This document shows positions 26,025-32,690 of a stretch of 32,690 bases of DNA, piece by piece (position 1 is the first letter of the stretch; each line of letters opens with the position of its first letter). A program made the position numbers and the translations under genes. The stretch is from a virus (taxonomy: Duplodnaviria > Caudoviricetes). Below the pieces are notes generated by a model. The model did no database searches. It worked only from the letters and a program-made list of their open reading frames with translations, and had not been told where the DNA came from. Location: positions 1 through 32,690 of IMG/VR virus record IMGVR_UViG_3300020420_000007. One strand, 5' to 3'.

Positions 26025-26506
26025 TGGCTAATGAACTACAGTTTTATGGTAATCCCGCTTTAGATTCTGGATTAACAATTAAGGCAAAAATATATGATCA
26101 TACAGGGACACAGATTGGTTCTGATGTGACATGCGTAGAAGTTGGAGTATTAGCAATATACAGAGGGGATATGCCCACAACATCTGCTGGGGAATATGTA
26201 GTTAGATTTTTTGAATCAACACTCCTCAAAGGACAAGGTATTATTTATTGGAGTGGCTCTGATGAAATAAATTTAAATACGATTGATGCTGCTGTGTCGG
26301 GCCTATTAAGTGGCAATACTATTCTGGAAGGGAGTATTACTTTTGAGCATGCGCAACGTATCATGCTGTCCGCCTTAGCAGGAAAAGTTTCTGGTGCTGG
26401 AACGGGAACAGAAATATTCAGGGATATAAACGACACCAAAGACCGAATTACGTCTACAGTTGATAATAATGGTAACAGAACGAATGTGGTAACCGATGGC
26501 ACTTAA
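26024..26506 (+). CDS. Ig-like virion accessory protein with conserved phage C-terminal motif
   Basis: SD GGAGG, TGATG coupling; C-term ALAGKVSGAGT..FRD..D.KDRI..TVD.NGNR. Confidence 0.7.
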   Translation: MANELQFYGNPALDSGLTIKAKIYDHTGTQIGSDVTCVEVGVLAIYRGDMPTTSAGEYVVRFFESTLLKGQGIIYWSGSDEINLNTIDAAVSGLLSGNTILEGSITFEHAQRIMLSALAGKVSGAGTGTEIFRDINDTKDRITSTVDNNGNRTNVVTDGT

Positions 26507-26642
26507 TCACTTTAGAGCACGACATTATAGAACTGGGCATTTTGGTGTGATAGGTGGCATTGTCGATAGTATTAAGAAATTCCAGAGGAAATTTATTTGC
26601 AATGTAGGTTCTTTGTTAACAATTCAAAAGAGAGGTAAGTAA
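26496..26642 (+). CDS. Small basic protein, 48 aa (MALNHFRARHYRTGHF...), not in the ORF track
   Basis: Open frame fills the gap exactly, overlapping the upstream stop and ending 2 bp before the scaffold ATG. Confidence 0.5.
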   Translation: MALNHFRARHYRTGHFGVIGGIVDSIKKFQRKFICNVGSLLTIQKRGK

Positions 26643-26644
26643 CC

Positions 26645-27508
26645 ATGACTGATGAAGCAAATAATGAAACAAATGAAACGCACCCAAATAATGAGGCGCA
26701 GGAAACAGCGAATGATACTACGTCATCAACACCTAATTTGCTTAATTCGGCCGACAGGTTAGTCACCGATTTAAATGGTGAATTAAAAGAAAAACCAGAG
26801 AGATTGAATGAAAAATTTTGGGATGCAAATAATAATAAGCTCAATCCACAGGCAATTTATGATGAGTTACAGCGAACAGAAAAAAGAGTCCATGATTTAC
26901 GTAGCAAGATGGGCAAAGGAGAACATAAGGCACCCGAGAATTCTGATGGTTACAAATTAGAGCTATCAGAAGAATTGCAGCAAGTGATTCCAAATGATGA
27001 CCCTTTATTGCAATCTGCCAAAGAGGTAGCGCATAAGCATGGCATGTCTCAAGAAATGTTTGCTGGTTTTATGCAAGAAATGGCTGGTAAAATTGCTGAG
27101 ATATCACAAGATGCACCGAGTGCCGAATTAACTGAGCAGCAGCAGCAAGAATATATTGATGCTGAACTTGGTAAACTTGGTGAGAATGGTGTGCGTATTG
27201 CTCGTGCTAATAATGCTTTTCTCAACCAGATGAAAAGCGAAGGCGTGTTGTCTGACACAGGGTTGCAAGGGTTGCAAAACTCAATGCAAACTGCCGAAGC
27301 GATTCAAGGCCTTAATGAGCTAAGAGTAAGAATTGGCGGTAACTCTGTACCATTTGACACTATTGATGATGGTTTGCCGGCTGATAACATTATTGCGGAT
27401 CGTCTTGCTAAGGCCTATGACGCAGCAGATCAGGATGCTGTTAGGGAAGTAGAAGCGTTGCTTGAGAAGCGGATTGCTGCCGGCAGACCCGAACGATTGC
27501 AGTTTTAG
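26645..27508 (+). CDS. Capsid scaffolding/assembly protein
   Basis: KPERLNEKFWD, APENSDGYKL, AHKHGMSQE; acidic; directly before the capsid gene. Confidence 0.85.
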   Translation: MTDEANNETNETHPNNEAQETANDTTSSTPNLLNSADRLVTDLNGELKEKPERLNEKFWDANNNKLNPQAIYDELQRTEKRVHDLRSKMGKGEHKAPENSDGYKLELSEELQQVIPNDDPLLQSAKEVAHKHGMSQEMFAGFMQEMAGKIAEISQDAPSAELTEQQQQEYIDAELGKLGENGVRIARANNAFLNQMKSEGVLSDTGLQGLQNSMQTAEAIQGLNELRVRIGGNSVPFDTIDDGLPADNIIADRLAKAYDAADQDAVREVEALLEKRIAAGRPERLQF

Positions 27509-27546
27509 TGTTATTTAATATTTTTTCATACATATAAAAAACAGCA

Positions 27547-27555
27547 TGTTATAAT
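27547..27555 (+). promoter_or_regulatory. Extended -10 promoter candidate (TGtTATAAT) for the capsid gene
   Basis: TG-n-TATAAT in an AT-rich intergenic region about 115 nt upstream of the capsid ATG. Confidence 0.5.
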
Positions 27556-27669
27556 GTAAGCACGACCCTATCATTGAACAGCCCTCCCGTGATTCACGGC
27601 CTGTTATTAAAATGTAAGGCCCTCTCGTAACAGGTTTAACAGTATTAATAATAAACAGGAGTGAATCGC

Positions 27670-28518
27670 ATGACAGCGAATATTTCAACCAGTTTTATTA
27701 CCAGTTTTGATACGCTGGTAAAGAAGCAATATCAAGGTTCGATGAAGTTAAAAGGGGCAACGCGCATTAAAGCTGGTGTCACTGGTAAAACACATCGCTT
27801 CCCAAAGATCAACAAAGGTGCTGCGACACCTCGTATTCCGCAAACTGATGTCACACCAATGAATGTTGGGCACGGTTTTGCTGATGCCATTATCGAGGAT
27901 TGGAACGCCGCAGATTATTCCGATATTTTTGACCTACAGAAAATCTCTTTTGATGAGAAGCAGGAGTTAGTATCTACAGCAACCTTAGCAATGGGTAGGA
28001 GGCTAGACCAACTTATTATTGATGCGCTCGTTGCAGGTAAGAATACAACGAATATTGTCGGTAAAGCAGTTGGTGGAGCTGACACATCGCTTAATCTTGA
28101 AAAGATGTTACGTGCTAAACGCTTTCTTGATGATGCAGGGGTTCCTGATGATGGTAACCGTCATATGATTATCACGGCCAGTGCGCTGGAGAATGCCTTG
28201 CAGGACACAGAAGTCGCCAGTGCTGATTATAATATTTTAATGCCGCTTATGAATGGTCAGGTCAAGAAATATGCAGGTTTTAACTTCCATATGATTGAAT
28301 CGCGTCCAGAAGAAGGCGGATTGCCGCTTGCGACGAATACGCGGTCCTGTTTTGCCTTCCACAAAGATGCCGTTGGTCTTGCAATTGGTATTGATATACG
28401 TACTGAAATTAATTACGTGCCTGAAAAAACAAGCACATTGATTAATGCTATTTTCTCTGCCGGAGCAGTCGTTATTGAAGATGCAGGCGTATATGAAGTT
28501 CAAACGCATGAAGTTTAA
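27670..28518 (+). CDS. Major capsid protein (HTVC010P/BPP-1-like)
   Basis: ISTSFITSF..VK..YQ, PQTDVTPMN, YSDIFD..K..FDE..EL, AMGRRLDQLII, TEINYVPEKTS; SD AGGAG. Confidence 0.92.
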   Translation: MTANISTSFITSFDTLVKKQYQGSMKLKGATRIKAGVTGKTHRFPKINKGAATPRIPQTDVTPMNVGHGFADAIIEDWNAADYSDIFDLQKISFDEKQELVSTATLAMGRRLDQLIIDALVAGKNTTNIVGKAVGGADTSLNLEKMLRAKRFLDDAGVPDDGNRHMIITASALENALQDTEVASADYNILMPLMNGQVKKYAGFNFHMIESRPEEGGLPLATNTRSCFAFHKDAVGLAIGIDIRTEINYVPEKTSTLINAIFSAGAVVIEDAGVYEVQTHEV

Positions 28519-28532
28519 GGAGGTTCTAAATC

Positions 28533-28829
28533 ATGGCTTTTAATAAAGATTATTTTCAATCTGCCGGTGGTCAAGGTAAGCGCGGTAAGGCACCGCAACA
28601 ATTCACCTATGCTACTGAAGATGCTGCAACTGTAATTGATACGGTGGGATATTTTAACAGTGTATCAAGCATCCTTTCAGTTGGCGATCAGATCTCTACA
28701 ACTATTTTTAGTGATCTGTCTGCCAAAACGGTTAGCGGTTATGCGCTACATATTGTCAACAGCATCGCTGGTGGCGTTGTTGATGTGGCTAATGCTTCCG
28801 TGACCAATACGATTGCAGATACGGACTAA
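28533..28829 (+). CDS. Minor capsid/decoration protein
   Basis: Y.T.D....I...GYFN.....L.VGD.I motif; strong SD AAGGAGG directly after the capsid gene. Confidence 0.7.
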   Translation: MAFNKDYFQSAGGQGKRGKAPQQFTYATEDAATVIDTVGYFNSVSSILSVGDQISTTIFSDLSAKTVSGYALHIVNSIAGGVVDVANASVTNTIADTD

Positions 28830-28839
28830 TATAGCATTT

Positions 28840-28876
28840 TGGTGACGTATGTGAGGATTCGTCACATGCGTCACCA
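28840..28876 (+). other. 15-bp RNA hairpin without U-tract after the capsid genes
   Basis: TGGTGACGTATGTGA-GGATTCG-TCACATGCGTCACCA (one U.G pair). Confidence 0.7.
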
Positions 28877-28888
28877 TGAGGGGATAAT

Positions 28889-29509
28889 ATGGGAACTACA
28901 AGCATACGATTAGCATCACAGGCTTTAGGACTTGTTAGAGAAAGAGCCATAAGCAGTTTTAGTGACGGCACAAATCAGGCTGAAATTATGCAGCTTTATT
29001 ATGCTGATTTTGCAGAAGATGTGCTAACTCGATATCCCTGGTCTTTTGCCACCAAAAAAAGGCGCTTTAATCAGGACTCAGAACCACCATTAAATGAATA
29101 TCGATACAGCCATATTGTGCCCGCAGAAGCGTTGAGAATATGGACGGTCTTTGAAAGTAATCATGTTGGTGCGCCCCCACTGAATGAGTATGACATACAA
29201 TCTGTCAACGGACAGCGCCGTATCTATTCAAACTATAAAGATTTATACGTTGATTACACCGTCTATACCGACGAATCAAACTGGCCTGCCTCTTTCATTA
29301 ATTTTGCCATGTACGCGCTAGCAGCACATATTGCTATACCGGTCACTGATGATGACAATCTCGCTGCCAGAATGCAGGCTATTGCTTATGGTTCCCCTTC
29401 GGAAAATGAAAAAGGCGGTAAATTTTCGGTTGCTGTTACGATTGATGCAGCACAAAAACCTAATAAACCCATACAGAGTGATCCATTTAATCAGGCACGG
29501 TTTAGTTAA
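28889..29509 (+). CDS. Tail tubular protein A / head-tail adaptor (T7 gp11-like)
   Basis: ASQALGLV...ISSFSDGT, VL..YPWSFATK, WPASF..F..YALA..IA.PVT. Confidence 0.88.
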   Translation: MGTTSIRLASQALGLVRERAISSFSDGTNQAEIMQLYYADFAEDVLTRYPWSFATKKRRFNQDSEPPLNEYRYSHIVPAEALRIWTVFESNHVGAPPLNEYDIQSVNGQRRIYSNYKDLYVDYTVYTDESNWPASFINFAMYALAAHIAIPVTDDDNLAARMQAIAYGSPSENEKGGKFSVAVTIDAAQKPNKPIQSDPFNQARFS

Positions 29510-31584
29510 TGGCAGTATTTAACACATTACAGCAACGATTTACGCAGGGAGAAATCGACCCTTTAATGGTCGGAAGATCTGATATTGATCAATATTATGG
29601 AGCAGTTTCCACAGCAAAAAACGTGATCACGATCCCTCAAGGTGGCTTTAGAAGGTTCCCTGGGCTTGAATATATTGACAGGGTTTTAGGCGGGTCTCTT
29701 ACCAAAATAGCAAGCACTAGCACTACACCGGATACCGGATCTATTGGTACAACAGACATGTATGTTTCGCATCAGGAAGATGCTGGAGGCTCCGTTTCTA
29801 TGGGGGTTCTGTATTTAGCAGGTGCGTCCATTTCCACCGGTACAAGTTCAGAATTTTATTTACAGGTAAGTTCGGATAATGTCAGCTGGATAACGGTTGG
29901 TGCAGCTTTAACATTAACGCAAACCGCTAAAGATTATACACGCAGGGTTCACGGTAATTACCGATATGCCAGACTGGTACGCATTGGCACAACGGATTTA
30001 GGCAGCGCTACAGTCACCATCACATCACTTGAAGTTGCAACCGAATCAGGACTGAGCAAAACCAGGACTTTTTCCTATTCATTTAATATCGATCAAACCT
30101 ATAAAATGGTGGTAAGTGATAAAAATATTGCAATCTACCAGGGAACTGTCTATCTCATTGATATTTATGTATCTAATCTAATTGAAAGTCGCTTGAAAAA
30201 GATCGACTATGAATTTGATGCGGATACGCTGATTATCTTTCATGAGGACATACCAACAATACGCTTGCAGCGTAACGGTGCTAATGATATCTGGACCTTG
30301 AGCACGGTCGCTTACACTAATATTCCGCAATTTAATTTTGGTTTAGGCAATGAGCCTGTCTGGTCAGCAACACGTGGTTATCCACGTCATGGCCGTTTTT
30401 ATCAGGGGCGTTTATGGATTGATGGTGGTAAGTCAAGACCCTCTATTGTGTACGGATCAAAGGTAAATGATTTCTTCAACTTTGATTTTGGAACCAGCCT
30501 TGCCGATGAAGCAATTGGACCTCTTAGTCAGAGTTTTGATGATGTGACAGCCATTTATCCGGGCCGTAATCTCATGATCTTTACCGTATCAGCGGAATAT
30601 ATTGTACCACAAACATTTGGTGATGCTATTACACCAGAGAGCGCCGTATTAACAAGGCAATCGTCCATTGGCAGTGAACCTTGTTTTCGACCACAAGAAG
30701 TGGAAGGTGCTGTGATGTATATACAAAGACAAGGGGCCAGTGTTCAGGAATTTATATTTGATGATACGCAGCAAGCATTTAATAACAATTATGTTTCTCT
30801 CTTGTCTTCACATTTAATCAAGGATCCGATTGATTTTTCCCTGCGTAAAGCAACTTCAACTGAGGAAGGAGCCTATTTATTATTGGTGCGTGAGGATGGT
30901 GGATTGACGGTGGCAAATATCTTGCGCTCACAAGGGATCACCAGTTTTGTTAACCGTGAAACACAGGGGGATTTTATGTCCTGTGCGGTTGATGAGAATG
31001 ATATGTTTTTTGTCATTAAACGTACAATTAATGGTTCAGAGGTGCAGTATGTAGAGCGTTTTAATGAAGAGCATTTGTTTGATGCCAGTACCAGGTTAAC
31101 AAGCGGGTTACCAATCAGTACGCTTGATGATCTTTCTTATTTAGAGAATACCGAGTTATCAGTAATGATAGATGGAGCAGTTCAGCCAAATACAACCGTC
31201 TCAAATGGCAGTATTGCGTTAGCACGACAAGCGTATACATCCGTTGAGGTAGGGCTTAATTTTATTCCCAAAGTAACAGACTTGCCCGTTGAGCTATTAT
31301 TAGAAAATGGAGCGTCTTTACAGGGACGGAAAGTCAATCTAAGCGAAGTATCTTTGAGATTATCCGAAACTACCACTATTGAGGTAAACGATAAAACAGT
31401 CATATTCCAGAAGTTTGGCCTTGCTGGTATTGATAGCCCACTCGATGCAGAACCAACACGTTTTACCGGCGTTAGAAGAATAAAAGGATTCTTGGGATGG
31501 ACCGAAGATGGACAAGTGACAATCACGCAAACGATACCGGGCTACATGACCGTTTTATCAATTAAAAAAATGTTGAGAACTTAA
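29509..31584 (+). CDS. Tail tubular protein B / nozzle (T7 gp12-like)
   Basis: QQRFTQGEIDP..GRSD..Y...N....QGG..R.PG, GYP....FYQGRLW, FNFD; 691 aa. Confidence 0.9.
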   Translation: MAVFNTLQQRFTQGEIDPLMVGRSDIDQYYGAVSTAKNVITIPQGGFRRFPGLEYIDRVLGGSLTKIASTSTTPDTGSIGTTDMYVSHQEDAGGSVSMGVLYLAGASISTGTSSEFYLQVSSDNVSWITVGAALTLTQTAKDYTRRVHGNYRYARLVRIGTTDLGSATVTITSLEVATESGLSKTRTFSYSFNIDQTYKMVVSDKNIAIYQGTVYLIDIYVSNLIESRLKKIDYEFDADTLIIFHEDIPTIRLQRNGANDIWTLSTVAYTNIPQFNFGLGNEPVWSATRGYPRHGRFYQGRLWIDGGKSRPSIVYGSKVNDFFNFDFGTSLADEAIGPLSQSFDDVTAIYPGRNLMIFTVSAEYIVPQTFGDAITPESAVLTRQSSIGSEPCFRPQEVEGAVMYIQRQGASVQEFIFDDTQQAFNNNYVSLLSSHLIKDPIDFSLRKATSTEEGAYLLLVREDGGLTVANILRSQGITSFVNRETQGDFMSCAVDENDMFFVIKRTINGSEVQYVERFNEEHLFDASTRLTSGLPISTLDDLSYLENTELSVMIDGAVQPNTTVSNGSIALARQAYTSVEVGLNFIPKVTDLPVELLLENGASLQGRKVNLSEVSLRLSETTTIEVNDKTVIFQKFGLAGIDSPLDAEPTRFTGVRRIKGFLGWTEDGQVTITQTIPGYMTVLSIKKMLRT

Positions 31585-31585
31585 C

Positions 31586-32098
31586 ATGGCCGCAGTGATA
31601 CCCGCAGCATTAACAGCAATAGGCACCTCCGCTTCAACCGCAGCCACTGTTGGGTCGGTTGTTAATGTTGGACTTACAGCAGCAAGCGCGTTTGGTGCGG
31701 TGCAATCTGGTTTAGCCCAATCATCAGCGTTAAAAACGCAGGCGCGACAAAATGAAGCCAATGCCAGACTGGAAGGCTTAAAGGGGCGTGAGCAAGCATT
31801 AGCATTGCAAAAACAGCTCGATGCCGATCTTGCCAGTCAAAATGCCTTATTTGCCAGCCGTGGAACATTAAAAGGTGAAGGAAGCGCGCTTTCTGCACGT
31901 AATGAGGCAAAAAAGAACGCAAGCCGTGATATTGATAATGCGAGGTTCAACGCTGATATTGCCTCACTAAACGCCAAACAATCAGCAAGTAATGCAAGAA
32001 GTAATGCAAGTTCAGCAAAACAATCAGGACTTATAAACGCCGCAGGCTCTTTGGGTGGGTTTCAACCTATTGCTGGTGGCATATTTTCGAGGTTATAA
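31586..32098 (+). CDS. Internal virion protein (T7 gp14-like)
   Basis: Ala/Gly-rich hydrophobic N-terminus, helical middle, ASRG...EGSAL motif; follows tail tube B. Confidence 0.75.
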   Translation: MAAVIPAALTAIGTSASTAATVGSVVNVGLTAASAFGAVQSGLAQSSALKTQARQNEANARLEGLKGREQALALQKQLDADLASQNALFASRGTLKGEGSALSARNEAKKNASRDIDNARFNADIASLNAKQSASNARSNASSAKQSGLINAAGSLGGFQPIAGGIFSRL

Positions 32099-32690
32099 TG
32101 GTTGATATTCCGATTACTAGAAGACGGGTTGGTATTGATGCCAACATCACAGCAAGTGGCGGTCCCACGGGTAATGCCTTTGTCTCTGGTCAACTATCGA
32201 AACTTGCAACAAATGTTCGTGACAGCTACGTTGAATATGCCAATGATATTGCGTATCTTGAAGGGCAGAAAGTTATTTCGCAAGAAGTACGGCGCATTGA
32301 ACAGGAAAATGCCGCCAACCCTGCTTTGGTTGAGCAATCGATTAATAAATACCGCGATGCATTTATTGCTAAAGTAGGGAATAAAGAGATTGCTGCTCGC
32401 TTTGATTCACAGATAGCCAGTTTAAAAGAACGTGCAATCAGTCGCACCACCTCACGTCATCGTCAATTGCTTGATGATAAGGCCACTTTTGCAAGCCTCT
32501 CCTCTCTCGATGAATTGCAGAAGGACATTAAATCACTATCTGTTGATTTATTATCTGATGATGCACTCATTGCTGATAGCGCTGCACGTCAGTTGCAGAA
32601 TTTGCTATTGCGGGGTCAAAATATATTAGGCCAGTCCGATGCATCCGGCATGCCATTATTTAATGCAAATAGTCGTTTATCGAAACTGGA
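32098..32690 (+). CDS. 5' part (MVDIPITRRRVG...) of the internal virion protein continuing at 1-1545
   Basis: ATG 32098 overlaps the upstream TAA; SD GAGG; no stop before the window end; same frame as base 1. Confidence 0.85.
   Translation, partial: MVDIPITRRRVGIDANITASGGPTGNAFVSGQLSKLATNVRDSYVEYANDIAYLEGQKVISQEVRRIEQENAANPALVEQSINKYRDAFIAKVGNKEIAARFDSQIASLKERAISRTTSRHRQLLDDKATFASLSSLDELQKDIKSLSVDLLSDDALIADSAARQLQNLLLRGQNILGQSDASGMPLFNANSRLSKL
32614..32690 (+). repeat. Terminal direct repeat copy 2 (circular-assembly overlap)
   Basis: Identical to 1-77. Confidence 0.95.

Larger units (their letters stand above)
1..32690. mobile_element. Complete circular temperate podovirus genome (T7/BPP-1/HTVC010P-like virion genes, lambdoid lysogeny and replication genes), excised/virion form with intact attP
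   Basis: Full set of terminase, portal, capsid, tail tube, internal virion, fibre, lysis, integrase, repressor and replication genes; no host genes; terminal overlap joins an ORF in frame. Confidence 0.95.

Noticed and set aside
32102-32629. Track ORFs 32102-32377 and 32432-32629
   Set aside because: Out-of-frame shadows of the real ORF starting at 32098, which the track missed because it has no stop within the window

Overview
The window is an apparently complete circular genome (32,613 bp; bases 1-77 recur exactly at 32614-32690) of a temperate podovirus. The host is probably an AT-rich alphaproteobacterium, inferred from the Cro, Int and holin types and a perfect CtrA-type box. The virion module is T7/BPP-1/HTVC010P-like: TerS, TerL, portal, Bbp19-like protein, scaffold, capsid, tail tubes A/B, three internal virion proteins, a beta-helix tail spike and a lysis cassette. 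The control, replication and integration module is lambdoid: tyrosine integrase plus Xis, attP = 3' half of tRNA-Thr(UGU) with TTCCAACT arm repeats, YqaJ exonuclease plus partner, divergent cI/cro with a shared 14-bp operator at PL and PR, and an O/P-like pair with iterons. The most notable elements are: (1) an AT-rich two-gene cassette co-transcribed with cI in the lambda rexAB position (soluble protein plus heptad-repeat membrane protein), a candidate undescribed anti-phage system; (2) a complete P4-CI/P1-C4-like antisense RNA switch, inserted in a replication-gene stub, controlling an orphan 80-aa ORF; (3) a tRNA-like RNA with a broken anticodon arm; (4) a CtrA-box promoter driving a Cys-rich ORF towards OL/PL; (5) a six-gene insert between the Bbp19-like and scaffold genes. 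All family assignments come from motif recognition by eye, not from database searches.
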